A stretch of 64,000 nucleotides of DNA. Source: Azolla caroliniana (Eukaryota; Plantae; Polypodiophyta). The translations under genes were made by a program, and so were the position numbers. Each line of letters starts with the position of its first letter. Position 1 is the stretch's first letter. Positions 23,070 to 35,124 of this stretch are shown piece by piece. A model generated the notes under the pieces. It worked only from the letters and a program-made list of their open reading frames with translations, had not been told where the DNA came from and ran no database searches. The DNA is taken from the NCBI GenBank assembly GCA_043228905.1, contig JBHGNT010000008.1, positions 10,602,001 to 10,666,000 on the forward strand, in the 5' to 3' direction.

Positions 23070-23156
23070 CACGATCTCAGAAACTGTCATACGCAGGTTT
23101 CAACTAGAATCGAATGCTTCCTGATCTTCCGCATTGACGGCCTTGTCTCTCCAACA
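17579..23156 (+). mobile_element. Intact full-length Ty1/Copia element C
   Basis: LTRs 17579-17911 and 22826-23156, TSD AGCTT (17574-17578 / 23157-23161), Met-i PBS 17914-17925, PPT CGGGGGAG, single uninterrupted ORF. Confidence 0.98.
18600..22631 (+). CDS. Copia C Gag-Pol polyprotein (1343 aa), intact
   Basis: CNYCKKPGHIKADC, WLLDSGAS, IHSDVC/TDNGGE/AERMNRT, QLDVKTAFLHG, YVDD, YTDSD, ADGMTK. Confidence 0.96.
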   Translation: MASTSGSSEMSLRKFDGSNFNFWKEQMQDYLIVKGQIDPIENEEPLEGYKPIEWQKLDRIVRATIRMHLSESVYFTVQSCTTAFELWKTLSDTYEKKVAATKMFLIRRLYNLRMKESDSVQAHLNEYESISSQISSQGTTIEDELRAMILMSSLPSSWETFVTTVCNASTTAVKYSEVTSAILTEAARRKSFAKDSTDDAYVVQGSTDRSNIRGRDSSRQPNNQRRRSQSRDNRICNYCKKPGHIKADCRALKNKNDKSQKSDKKSGRHEEINYVSFSADVLPNDPNILSIENPVGSEVLLTTEESSTWLLDSGASFHVTPHRSQFRQYTIRHSDSVRVGNSQHCDIIGIGTVELNLAGGSTLVLHNVRHVPELSRPLISVGQLDEDGIRAGFSSGGWTLHRGNLLLARGPKIHSLYPLHVTLREGNLFLVDIPVSSLWHRRLGHLSKAGITHLSRAGYIPKLSFSDHQFCEHCQYGKQAAASHPTSAPRETRPLDLIHSDVCGPMPHQSLGGASYFVSFIDDSTRKVWAYPIRTKDRVFSIFSDWLAMVENQTDRKLKCFRTDNGGEFKSEEFVKFCRQRGIRREFTAPHSPEQNGIAERMNRTIQERIVFMLQHSRLSDGFWAEALLTAVHIINMSPSRPLGLQIPQELWIGSKPNYDKLRIFGCEAYALIPKDDRRKLAPRSRKCIFLGYGSDGEMGYRLWDPERRQIVRSSDVVFNESAMNPSVEKPIEVRRVTFSDVPTLQEGPALNTWSASRVAEPYTTDSDNSDLAQQNNSLSDHPTSIPDTTSPIIPRRSERLSQPPERYSPGIFFTDAGEPTSYEEASTSVDSATWHLAMESEMHSIRANKTWDLVELPKNRRALPCKWVYRLKETSDSTTPKYKARLVAKGFRQEYGVDFDEIFSPVVKMTTLRFLLGVVAADNLELIQLDVKTAFLHGDLDEEIYMEQPKGFVATGQEHLVCRLRKSLYGLKQAPRQWYKKFDDFIQSIGFSKSDEDHCLFTTTAQDGSPIFLIIYVDDMLISGRHAGELAELIRQLRLKFAMKDLGPARHILGMKISRHRDKRYLFLSQTDYIGRVLERFNMQSAKSASTPLPMNLRLSQRDCPTSGSEGEDMKSVPYAPAVGSLMYLMVATRPDISHAVGVVSRFMHNPGRSHWNAVKHVFRYLAGTKDHGILFGPNRTSGVVGYTDSDFAGCIDSRKSTTGYCFKFGNGAISWKSKLQECTATSTTEAEYVAASDAAKEALWLGRLAHTFRQVDHDSAPVVYSDSQGAVALSKNPVHHNASKHIDVRYHFVRDCVISGKIGLEKISTTDNVADGMTKCLSADRFRSLRHQMGVTTNQSG

Positions 23157-23161
23157 AGCTT

Positions 23162-24703
23162 GACATCCATAGCCGCAGGTGGTTAAGTGCCATGCAGGAG
23201 GAGATGGATTCCCTGCATGAGAACCACACATATGAACTAGTGGAGTTGCCGAAAGGAAAGCGGGCACTACGAAACAAGTGGGTGTTCAAGCTGAAACCGG
23301 GAGATGCCGGAAACCCCCCGAGATACAAAGCCAGGATCGTGGTGAAGGGGTTCCAGCAGAAGAAGGGCGTCGACTTCGACGAGATATTTGCCCCGGTAGT
23401 GAAGATGACCTCCATCCGGACGGTGCTGAGCATAGCGGCAAGCATGAACCTCGAGGTAGAACAGATGGACGTGAAGATGGCATTCCTTCACGGTGACCTC
23501 GAAGAAGAGATCTACATGCAGCAACCGGAAGGATTCGAGAAGAAAGGAAAGGAGCACCTGGTATGCCGGTTGAAGAAGAGCCTTTACGGACTGAAGCAGG
23601 CTCCCCGGCAATGGTACCGGAAGTTCGACTCTTTCATGACCGACGAAGGGTACCACAAAACGCAGTCCGATCACTGCGTGTTTGTGAAGAAGTTCGAAGG
23701 AGGAGACTTTCTAATACTCCTCCTGTACGTGGACGACATGTTGATCGTCGGACGGGACCAGGTCAAGATACGGATGTTGAAGAAAGCGCTTCACCGAACC
23801 TTCTCAATGAAGGACCTGGGTCCGGCGAGGCAAATACTAGGGATGCACATCATCCGGGACCGGAAGAAGAAGCAGTTGTGGCTGTCACAGGAGAAGTACG
23901 TGACAAAGGTGCTTCACCGGTTCAACATGTCGGAAGCAAGGCCGGTCGGGTCCACCCTCCCGGCAAACTGCAAGCTGTCCAGCAAGCAAAGCCCCAAGAC
24001 AAAGGCTGAGAAGGAGGACATGATGAAAGTACCATATGCCTCTGCCGTCGGAAGCTTGATGTACGCAATGGTGTGTACAAGACCGGACATAGGATATGCA
24101 GTCGGAGTGGTGAGCTGGTACATGAGCAATCCCGGCAAAGAGCACTGGAACGCGGTCAAGTGGATACTCCGATACCTGAAGGGCACGGCAGACGTGTGCC
24201 TCCGATTCGGCTCCGGTAAGCCCGAACTCGACGGCTTTACCGATTCGGATATGTCGGCTGATGCAGATACCAGCCGGTCCACATCAGGGTATGTGATGAC
24301 GTATGCAGGGGGAGCTGTTTCGTGGCAGTCGAGGCTGCAGAAGACGGTTGCATTGTCAACCACGGAGGCGGAGTACATGACGATTGTTGAAGCCGGCAAG
24401 GAAATGATATGGATGAAGGACTTCATTAGAGAGCTCGGTATCCGGCAGGAGGAGTACCGACTCTACTGCGACAATCAGAGTGCCATCCACCTTGCGAAGA
24501 ACGCGGCCTATCACTCCCGGACGAAGCACATCCAGCGAAGATATCACTGGATCCGGGAAAGGATAGAAGACCAGGAGTTCGTGCTGACGAAGATCCACAC
24601 GGACGAGAACGGGTCGGATATGCTGACCAAGGTGCTCACACCCGACAAGCTGGAAGCATGTCGGAAGAGGATCGGATTGGAGAGACATCCCATGCCGAAG
24701 TGA
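23162..24703 (+). CDS. Copia B polyprotein, C-terminal part (RT-RNase H)
   Basis: In frame with 15047-17578 once C and one TSD copy are removed (EEAKL|DIHSRRWLSAMQEEM); YVDD, FTDSD, SDMLTK. Confidence 0.93.
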   Translation, partial: DIHSRRWLSAMQEEMDSLHENHTYELVELPKGKRALRNKWVFKLKPGDAGNPPRYKARIVVKGFQQKKGVDFDEIFAPVVKMTSIRTVLSIAASMNLEVEQMDVKMAFLHGDLEEEIYMQQPEGFEKKGKEHLVCRLKKSLYGLKQAPRQWYRKFDSFMTDEGYHKTQSDHCVFVKKFEGGDFLILLLYVDDMLIVGRDQVKIRMLKKALHRTFSMKDLGPARQILGMHIIRDRKKKQLWLSQEKYVTKVLHRFNMSEARPVGSTLPANCKLSSKQSPKTKAEKEDMMKVPYASAVGSLMYAMVCTRPDIGYAVGVVSWYMSNPGKEHWNAVKWILRYLKGTADVCLRFGSGKPELDGFTDSDMSADADTSRSTSGYVMTYAGGAVSWQSRLQKTVALSTTEAEYMTIVEAGKEMIWMKDFIRELGIRQEEYRLYCDNQSAIHLAKNAAYHSRTKHIQRRYHWIRERIEDQEFVLTKIHTDENGSDMLTKVLTPDKLEACRKRIGLERHPMPK

Positions 24704-26149
24704 AGGGGGAGTTTGTTGGGATTTCGGTCCCTTCGGATGGGATGTCCGGAGATGAATGACGGTAATCCCGGTTACGGCTACGGAGCCGGATGATGAAGAC
24801 CCCCGCTACGGAGCCGGATGATGAAGACCCCGGCTACGGAGCCGGATGACGAATGTACCCGGTGAGAGATCCGGATGCGGGGACATATTTGTGAATATGT
24901 TTGCCAAGGGCCCTTGAGGCTATATTTGTAAATAGCCCGAAAGTCATATGTTGTATAAATATGACTTAGGGCAAACAGTTTTATGTTGTTGCTCATTTTT
25001 TTATGTTTTCAGCCGAGAGAGCGAAGTGAGAGCAGCCGAGAGAGAGAGAAAAAGGAAGAGGTCGACGCCTCTGTGTATTACCGCCGCCTGTGGCGAAGAC
25101 AGTGAGCTCAAGGTTGTTGCCTTGTAGCTTCACCCTTGTACATCTCTGTGTATAGTGATAGTTGGAGTTTGAGGACTCCCGTGGTTTTTCCCATTTAGGG
25201 TTTTCCACGTAAAACACCCTGTGTACTCTTCTCTCTATTGTCCTCGTGCATTTTGTATTTCCTGTTTTCTGTGAGTTGATCCTATTCCTCGGTTGTGGCC
25301 GAGCACTGTTTTGCAACAGATCCTTGGTGAAGAAATGGTGCACAAGACTATGATACAATCGTATCCCTTCGTGACATTATTAGTTTACTTGTGCAAATCT
25401 AAATTATGAAGAAACATGAGGTTATAATTTATAGACCTCAAGTCCAACACCTATTCGGTAGGGACAAAGGCTTTGTCGTGATTGTTAGTTCCATGGGTCA
25501 TGTTGGTCCTTTGTAGATATATTGTTGTCATCATTGGCTTTTGGGACATGGGTTTTGTTTAGCTCAAACTAAAATAGCTAGCAAAATTCATATTCAATTT
25601 TAGGACTAATAAGAAAAGTTGATTTTGGTTTTGAGGGATTAACAAGTCCTTACAAGTATTTAGGTAGCAATGGAAGTTTGTCAAGTGTGAGCTCGCAAGA
25701 AAATTTGGAAGTAAAACAGAAAAGATGAAAGAAGGATTTGATCTTATAGACCTAAAAAAATATGATGCTACAAGGGTAACCTCTCATCTCAATTGGCACA
25801 TTGGGTGCCATGCATTTAAATCCTTTCTCTTCATTGAGATTTTTGTGATGAAATTGATACAGTAACAATGATATAAGATGTTATGGGTTTTGGTGCTTCA
25901 TTCTTTGGTGTCAATCCACTAGTAAAGATAATCCACCCCCACCCCCCTCAAAAAAATAAAATATAAAAAATAATCATGAATTTTTCATCTTGAAGCTAGG
26001 AGATAGAGAAATGCCAAGGAATAAATCAAAATGAACAAAATACTACTCTTCATTTGTATTGCAATGCCGCCAAAATTAGGCCAAAACTCCAACATTGATT
26101 ACTCACAACGTAAGAACACATGATCGATCTCATAAGCCAAGGAAGTTCA

Positions 26150-28310
26150 GAGGTAAGCTAACACGCTTCTATTGTGGAAAGCCTGGACACTTTCAGAAGG
26201 AATGTCGACACATGAGGAAGAACAAAGGTGTCGGTAATGATGTCGAACCTAGGAGGATTCCTGATGAAAAGGGCACATCGGCCACAACTACAAGTGCAGA
26301 GGAGATCTTGTTCATTTGTGAGCAAGCAAGCACAAATCTTGCAAATGAAGAGTGCACTTGGGTAATTGACTTGGGTGCATCTTTCCACATAACTCCATCG
26401 AGAGAGTGTTTCTCGACTTACATAGTCAAAGATCATGGCTATGTAAAGATGGGAGATAATGGGGAGTGCAAGATAGCAGGCATAGGAAATGTATGCCTGA
26501 CGACGTCGACTGGTTGCCGACTGATGCTGAGGGAAGTTCGACATGTCCCTGATATCAGATTGAATCTAATATCAACTGGAAGGTTGGATGATGAAGGCTA
26601 CGGTGGTAGCTTCCAAAATGGCAAGTAGAAGTTCTGTTGAGGAAACCTCATAGTGGTCCGAGCACAGAAAGAGGGCACATTATATATGATGCATGCCCGA
26701 CTGTGCAAGTCGAAAGTGAATGTGATCGCTGACTCGAGTGGAGAGTTATGGCATAAGAGACTCGACAACATGAGTGAGAAGGGAATGCATCTACTAGCTG
26801 ACCAGGAACTTCTCCCAGAAGTGAAAGGAGTGCACTTGGAGAAGTGTGTCGACCGCTTAGTCATAAAGCAAAACAGAGCTGCATTCCACACAAGACCACC
26901 GAGAAGAAGAGAAGTGCCGCTGGAACTAGGGCACACCGATGTGTGCTATGTAGATGCTCCATCACATCCCGGTGGACACTACTTTGTGGCTTTTATTGAC
27001 GACTACAGTCGAAAGTTGTGGTCTTTCATACTAAAGTCGAAAGATCAAGTACTGTCGTTCTTTAAAGAGTTCCAAGCTAGAGCCGAAAGACAGTCAGGTC
27101 AGAAATTGAAGGTTGTTTGAACTGACAATGGTGGCGAATATAGAGGGTAGTTCGAAGAATACTACAAGGCCCAAGGTTTTTGAATCAAATACACTATACC
27201 GAAGACCCTTGAGTTGAACGGGCTTGTAGAGAGGATGAATCCAATGGAGAGAGTAAGGAGCATGCTAAACTACAAAAAACCTATTGGGCTGAAGCGATGT
27301 ATACAACTGTTTATTTGATCAATAGGTATCCTCAGTGCCATTGAGAGGTGATGTTTCATAGAGGGTGTGGACAGGCAAGGATGTTTAATGTATATGCATG
27401 TTGCTAAGGATCAAAGGATGAAGCTCGACAGTAAGTCAAAACCATGCATATTCATGGGATACTCAGAAGGATGAGTTCGATTATAGGCTGTGGGACTTAG
27501 TCAACAAGAAGGTAATGAGGAGTTGGGACATAGTCTTCTTGGAAGAAAAGACAATTGAGGACTAGAAGCAACAGAAGTCAGAATTGACTTCCCAGTCGAC
27601 TCCCACTACTACCGACTTAAATCCAGTCGAAGCGACATAGTCGGCTGTTCGAAGACGGCCAGTTAGCACAACCGAATTGAGTCGGCCGACTTGGAGCAAC
27701 CGACCAATACTAATGAGTCAGAGTCAACAGACATATTGAAGTCAATCGAGGAATACGAGTCAGAATCGGCTAACCCTCAATGACCGATCAACACATATGA
27801 ACTTGAGCCGAGAGAAGAGTCAATAGAGACGTTCGAACCGAAGCCGACAACGAGCGGAAGGAGATACCCACTTAGAGAAAGGAGAGCACCGACAACATAT
27901 GCTAGTTAATACATCCTCTTGACTAATGAAGGTGAGCCTAAGTGCTATGATGAAGTCGTTGTTGACGAGCACAAGGAGAAATGGCAGAGTGCAATGCAAG
28001 ATGAGATGGACTCCTTGCACAAAAATTATACCTACGATTTGGTGGAACTACCAAAGGTACAGAGCACTCAGAAATAAGTGTGTCTATAAGGTAACAACTG
28101 GCGAAGTCGACAACAAACCTAGATATAAAGCCTGCATAGTGGTGAAGGGGTTTCAGCAGAAAAAGGGGGTCGATTTCGACGAGATTTTCGCACTAGTCGT
28201 GAAGGTGACATCCATCTAAACAGTTCTGAGCATTGTTGTGAGCATGGATCTAGAGATTGAACAGTTGGATGTCAAGACAACATTCTTGCACGGGAAGTTG
28301 GATGAAGAAA
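26150..28310 (+). mobile_element. Degenerate Copia fragment (gag knuckle to RT N-terminus), related to family A/B, no LTRs seen
   Basis: FYCGKPGHFQKEC, WVIDLGAS, HTDVC, KGFQQKKGVDFDEIF with many stops; cut at 28310 by a family D element. Confidence 0.85.
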
Positions 28311-31300
28311 TGTTGAGCGGTCAAGCTCAACCGGGTCCGGATTGGCTAAACAAGCCAGAGCCGGATTGGAGTCTGGAATGAAGAACCGGATCGGTGTTCA
28401 GATGGTATCCGGACCCAAGAGCCGGATCGGAGAGCCGGATTAGATTGTAATCGGTAGGCCATTACAGGCCTACAAATCTAGCCTAGTATGTAGGCATATT
28501 TTTGGGAGTCAATGTCAGTCGCTCGTATGAGCATTGAAGTACATGTCAATACTTTTGTTAGTCTGTGTAAGGACTTGTATAAAAGTGCTCACAGAGCACA
28601 TTGTATCTACAGAGTGTTATTATTTTGAAATTGAGTTTACTATTCTGCTCTCTTTGTCTCTCCCATGTAAGGTTTCCATTAAACCCATGTCTATATTCTT
28701 TACCTATTCGGATGAGTTGGTTTTGTCTTAGCTTTCGCAATCATATTCTTTTACATGGTATCAGAGCACGAGGGTTGAGAACCTCTGTAGCTGACATGCA
28801 TTTTCTGAAGACAAACCCTAACACCTGGTAAAGAACAGATAGAAGAAAAATATGGATCGAGGAATGGCTAGCTCGCTCCCGACGGAGAAGCTCGACAAAT
28901 CCACCTATACATCTTGGTTGTACAAGATGCACCAGTACCTGCTCAGGCATGGTTACTGGAGTTATGTCGATGGAACTAATGATACGATACCTGATGCGGC
29001 AAATAAGGACTTCTTGACTTGGGAACAAGCAGCAAGTAGAGTTATGTACTACTTTGCGTCCAGTGTCGGCGATCAACTGCTGAGCCATATCCAAGATGCC
29101 AAGACGCCAAAGGAAGCTTGTGGAAATCTGAAGAAGGTCTTCCCTGCAAGCACCACGACCTGGAAGTTGCAACCCCGATAGGAGTTGAGAAATGTCTGAC
29201 AGAAGGACATGTCGGTGGCCGACTATATCGCTCGGATCAAAGACAACGACGACTCACTTGCTTCTATCAATGTAACCGTCGAGGAAGATGAGATGGTGTA
29301 GGTTTGTCTTGGGGGCCTGGCGTCAAAGTTCGGAGCATTCCGGACAACAGTTTGTACATGGGAGAATACGCTGTCGTGAAGATCCGTCACTACGCGCGGA
29401 TCGTGAGGCGGAACCGCCGGGGTTCTGGACCAGAAGGATTTAGAGTCGATACAAGCTTTGGCGAGAAAGTATTTAAGATAGATTGGGAAAGAGAGAAGAT
29501 GAGATTACACGATTGATTTCAAAACGAATTTCTTCCTCTTAATTTTCATAAAAAAAAACCATGTTTTTCTCCTCCCCCTTCCCTCTTTTATAGATGCTCT
29601 CATGCATATGATGCATGTGAGGGTACAAGACATGCATAAATTGCATGTTTGCCATTTGGCGCTTAAGTATTACATGTGGTGCATGCTAACCATGTCACTC
29701 ATTTTAGCACTCATGGATGAGAATTTACATGTAAAAGTACAATGATAGAAATATAATTTCAACTAAATACTATGGCTTAATGGTAAGCCATTTGACTCCT
29801 AACTTGGAGGTGCAAGGTTTGAATCCATACTTGCCCTCCTAAATATGTATATATTTTTATATATTTATTTTATCTAGTCGCCGGTTCGCCGGATGCCGTC
29901 GCCGGATACCGGTGCCGCCGCCGGATACTGCCGTCGGATATCGCCGTCGGATACTGCCGTCGGATATCGCCGTCGGATATCGACGTCGAATACCGACGCC
30001 GGATGCCGTCGGATCACCGGCTCCATCGCCGGTCCGGTTTTGGTTGGCCAAAACCCTTTTCGAGTAGCTAGCCACCTCCACTCTAAGTTCAAGTTACCTT
30101 GAACTCTCTATGCTCCACACATAAACACAAAGATAATAACTTTTGATCCACATTATATATGATGAGAGCCGTATTTGTCGTGCCTATGTGGGATATCTCA
30201 CAATTTTCTCTTTTCTTTTCACAAACTTTATACCCTCATATCTTGACATTTAGTTGTCCATTTCTCGTGTAATAAAGTGCATTCGAAACCTCCATCATTT
30301 TGTACTTAGATATTAAAAATGTTATCTTCACAATTATTGTATTACATGATTCATACTCGATTTTGTACGTTTTATGGGATTTTCACACTATTGCCGAAAA
30401 TCTTCATGACAACGCCCTCATTTTTTGACTTACAACCGATGCTCCTAGTAGAGGAGAACCACACGGGTGCGTCAACAAGCACACACACCAACAATAGGAT
30501 GTTGTACACGGAGGCGGATCGGCCTCGTGGTCATGGCGGACGAGGGGGATTGGCATGCAGTGGATGGCCGACAAGAACAAAATCGAAGGCACAAGGATGG
30601 TGCCAACAACAATTCTGGACTCTTCGGATGCAGGGGGAGTCAAAGCGGCGCTGGAAACCGTCCAGAGAAGACCGCGACAGATAGTTGGTATTGTGGTCGG
30701 AAGGGCCATAGAGAGCGTGAGTGTTGGAAAAAGCGTGCTGATTCGGACAAATCCAGTTCCAACAAGGCCGGTCAAGGAAGCCGATAAAGCTCGCACTACG
30801 CTGAGGAATCGGAAAAATCCGGTTCCGAAAATGGAGCGGGCGAACTCGATGAAGAAGACCACTTCCGGATGAGAGGAAGTGTGGTACGTTGACTCTGGAG
30901 CCTCTAATCACATGATGAGTCACAAAGAGTGGTTCTCGTTTCTAGAGAAGCCGGAGCAACTGGGAGTTGTTGAGACCAGAGACAACACTCATCACCCTAT
31001 CGTGCATGTCAGAGAAGTTCCCTTGAGTCATGTCGGACAAAAGGGGACATTGATGAACGTCCTACACATCCCGACAATCACCAAGAATCTTGTGTCAGTT
31101 GGACAGATTGTCGATCAAGGGATGCAGGTTCGGTTCATGCACCTCGGGTGCTTCATCGAAGAAGAGGGCAAAGTCATCGTGCAAGGGCATTGAGACGGGA
31201 GGATGTTTATCCTCGAAATGAATGATGTGGGCACCCTTATGTTTGCGAAAGGACAGAAGGTTGAGTCGGACATAGACTTGTGGCACAAGCGGATCGGCCA

Positions 31301-34300
31301 CATCAATTTTTGGAAGCTTCAAGAGATGTAGTCGAAACACGTGGATGCCGGATTGCCCAAGTTTAGTGGCCGGAAAGGCCAAATATGTGAAACTTGCCAA
31401 CTCGGGAAGCAACATAGGCTTCCCTTCCCCAACAAGAAGAATCAGAGCCAGAATCGGCTTGATCTAATCCATTTGGATGTTTGGGGACCGGCACAAAATG
31501 TGAGCATCGGTGGGGGTCGGGATTTTGTCTCCTTCATCGATGATTTCACCTGACACACTTGGATCTATCTAATCGAGAAGAAAAACGAAGTCTTCTCGTG
31601 TTACTAGAATTTGAAGAACCTTGTCGAACATGAGACCAGAAGAAAGATCAAGTGTTTGAGATCGGATGGCGGAAAAGAGAACTTTTCTGGCCAGTTCATG
31701 AGCTATCTGCAGACAAAGGGAATCCGACGGGAATTCTCTTGTAGATACACGCCGGAGCAGAACGGTGTGGCCGAGCGTTGGAACAGGACGCTAGTAGAAG
31801 TAGCAAGGGCGATGCTTGAAGACAAAAGCATACCCAAAATTTATTGGGCCAAAACAATTCGGACAACCGTCTACATTCAGAATCGGATATCGGCCTCAAG
31901 GGCAAAGGTGTCGCTACACGAACTGTATTTTGGGTGGAAGCCAAACTTGGCACACCTTCGGGTGTTCGGTAGCATTACATATGTGCATGTACAGAAGGAA
32001 AAATGGAGGAAGTTAGATGTGAAAGCTGAAAAGTGCATTCTTGTCGGCTACTCGGATGAACAGAAGGGTTGTAAGTGTTATAACCCCCCGATCAAAAGCG
32101 GTCTGAGTTAGCCGAGATGTGGGTTTTGATGAATCGACATCTTGGTACTTCTCTCCACCCAAACCTGAGCCGATTGTTGTAGATGATCCGGTGGAATCCG
32201 GAACAGAGAGAAGTGTTGCGGAATCCAAACAATTGGATAGTCCGACTTCTCTCAGGATGTGTGGACCAAATCCGGACTGGTTGAGCCGGAGTGGTCAACC
32301 GGATGATGAGCCGGCGAGTGGCGAAGACTCAGCCATGCTCGCCCCATGCAATGAACCAAGGAGATTGTTTACACGCAAAGAGAAGGGGAAGAAGAAGATG
32401 TCAGAGTAACTAGAGTAAGACACAAGCCAAGCCGAGTCGGATCAGAGCGAATCCGACTCCAACAAAACCAAAAAGGAACCTTTGAGGAAGAGGTCGTAGT
32501 TAGCTGAGAAGGCCACGAACTCGACGAATCTGGAATTACGCCGATCCACCTGCTAGAAAAACCTCGTGAAGAGGTACATGCACAATGAGTATATGGCGTA
32601 TCATTATGTGTACATGGCAAAGGTGGCAACCGTGCATGAGCCAGAGAGCTACATTGAAGCGGCAAAGGATTTGAACTGGTAGAAGGCCATGGAGGAAGAG
32701 ATGCACACACTCACGTAAAATGAGACGTGGGATTTAGTGGACGTACCGAAAGGAGTGAAGCTGATGGGTATACAAGGTTAAATACAACACCGACGGCTCT
32801 GTCAATGGGTACAAGGTCTGATTAGTGGCCAAAGGCTACGCGCAACAACATGACATCGACTACGATGAGACGTTCGCGTCGTTCGTGAAGATGACGACCA
32901 TTTGTGTCTTGCTTGCGGTGGCAACGGTGAAGGGGTGACATCTACATCAGATGGATGTGAAAAACGGATTCTTGCAAGGTGATCTTGAGGAACAGGTGTA
33001 TATGGTTCGGAGTCAACACATCGGTCGTATGTTGATTGAAGAAGTCCCTCTACGGATTCAAGCAAGCCCCGCACACCTAGAATGCGAAGATCACACAGAG
33101 ACTACGTCAGATGGGGTGTGCTCCGTCGAAATCATACTCTTCTCTCTTCATCCTGTAAGGTCGGAATGTACCGGTTAGTATTTTATTTTGTGTTGATGAT
33201 TTAATCATCGCCGGCGCCGACTTGGACGAAATCGACCGCATCAAGTTCGAACTCGCGACATCATTTGAGATGAAGGATCTTGGGAACCTTCATTACTTCC
33301 TCAGGATCAAAGTGATCCGCACCCTAGAAGGCATATTGATCAGTCAACGCCAATATGTGTTGAGTATGCTCTTCAAATTTGGTATAACGGAATGCAAATC
33401 CATCTCGACTCCTCTGGATCGGAATGTGAAGCTTCGCCCCAACTCCGAAACGACATGCAACTCGAAAAGGTTCTGACAAATAGTTAGAAGTCTTATATAT
33501 CTGAGCATCACCCGACCGAACCTCAGCTATCCGGTTGAACTGATTAGTCAATTCATGGCACATCTGACTGTGGAGCACCTTTAGTGCATGCACCGAATAC
33601 TCGGGTATGTTAGTGGCACTAAGGAAAGGGGGTTGCTGTATCGGACCGGTGTTGCCGTACAACTTGTTGGCTACACTGATGCTGATTGGGCCGGAAATGC
33701 CGACGACCGTAGGTCTACATTCGGATATGCGTTTTCACTTGGGAGTGTCGCGGTTGCCTGGAGCAGTAAGAAGCAACCGACAGTAGCACTGTTGAGCACC
33801 GGGGCTGAGTACCGAGGAGCGGCTGTTGCGACATGCGAAGCAATCTTGCTCAAGTGGCTTCGAAAGGATCTATATGTGGAGGTATCCGATCCGATGGTGA
33901 TCTATTGCGATAGTCTCAGCAACATCCAGTTGGCTAAGAACCCCATCTTTCACACCTGGACTAAGCACATCGAGGTGCAATATCATTTTGTCTGAGAGCA
34001 CGTTCTCTCTGGTGAAGTGGAATTGCTACATGTTCCGACGGATCGGCATGTGGCCGATATCTTCACCAAACCCCTCGGCTTAGACAAGTTGCGGCAATTT
34101 TCCGGTGCATTGGGTGTGCAGTACCTCGATATGCCGAACTTGAGGGTGTGGAATGAGAAAGACAATCAAAAAGCTGAGTCGGAAATCGATTTCAACTTCG
34201 GCCTGACTAAAGAAGTCAGAGTGCACAGAACGACCGAGAAAGCCGAGACCGGACGTAGGGGGAACCACCGAAATGGAGAGCCCAAGTCGGAGCCAACTGA

Positions 34301-34880
34301 AACAGGGGGAGACAAGAAGAAAAAGGAAGTTGAGTTGACTAAAGAAGTCAGCACATGTGATAAAGTCAGAACAAGCAACGACGGCAGCATAGTTGACCGG
34401 AAGAAGAAGGCCAAGACCCAGACATGGTCTTGTGTGGTAAAGGGCCTGAAGATTGATGACGAATTGGAGACAACCAATTCGGACAAGAGCTGGAGCGAAT
34501 TGGATGGACCTGATTTGGAAGAGGTGGTTGATTCGGATGAGCCGGATGAACTCAAGGCCAAAGGACGAGGAGGCAGTGGAAATCGACACCGATACGGAGG
34601 AACCGACAAGTTGAGGAATGTCGAAGTCGCAACAATGAAGGAGTTGTGAAGGGCCTAATGAGCAGACAAGTCGACCGAGAAGGTCGAGGACCGCGGAACT
34701 TGACGGGTCGAGGAAAGTAGGACCAGATCGGACGAGGAGTGCGAGCCAAGCGAGAGGATGACAGACACAAACACTAACACCGTGATCCGACCTCAAGTTG
34801 ACCTTGAGGGGAAGTGTTGAGCGGACAAGCTCAACCGGATCCGGATCGGCTGAACAAACCAGAGCCGGATCGGAGTCCGG
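28311..34880 (+). mobile_element. Degenerate Copia element D1 with truncated 3' LTR
   Basis: 5' LTR 28311-28755 directly followed by PBS TGGTATCAGAGC; gag/PR/IN/RT/RH fragments; PPT then only ~66 bp of 3' LTR (34815-~34880). Confidence 0.9.
29372..30411 (-). mobile_element. Solo LTR (1040 bp) related to the Gypsy LTR at 3599-4434, inserted in D1 gag
   Basis: TGTCGTGAAGAT...ATCTTCATGACA ends; 4-bp TSD ACGC (empty site seen in D2 at ~40480); motifs shared with the Gypsy LTR; 12-bp GCCGTCGGATAT repeats at ~29890-30012. Confidence 0.85.
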
Positions 34881-35124
34881 TCATCAAGATCCCTCTTGCA
34901 TCGTCAGCGATTGCGATTCTCTCACTAGGATAGTACACTCTTTTATGATTTAGTAGCAAATAGTGACGAGCAAATACATACATACATACATACAAACATT
35001 TATTACATACATACACACATCAGTCACACCAACGACGCAGACAGAGAAGGAAGCAAAGCATTATGTATGTACCTTTTAGATAGATAGACAGACAAGTAGG
35101 CGGACAGAGACAGACCGCCACGCC

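Larger units (their letters stand above)
14355..25318 (+). mobile_element. Full-length Ty1/Copia element B (Tnt1/Tork-like), interrupted by element C
   Basis: 5' LTR 14355-15015, 3' LTR 24714-25318, TSD GATCC (14350-14354 / 25319-25323), PBS TGGTATCAGAGC 15019-15030, PPT GAAGGGGGAG. Confidence 0.97.

Noticed and set aside
29773-29836. Functional tRNA gene
   Set aside because: Acceptor and anticodon stems do not pair well and the B-box is altered; kept only as a tRNA-like motif.
34080-34796. Minus-strand 238-aa ORF as an env-like gene
   Set aside because: Antisense of the purine-rich family D tail; its hydrophobicity follows from base composition and it is not kept at this length in D2 or D3.
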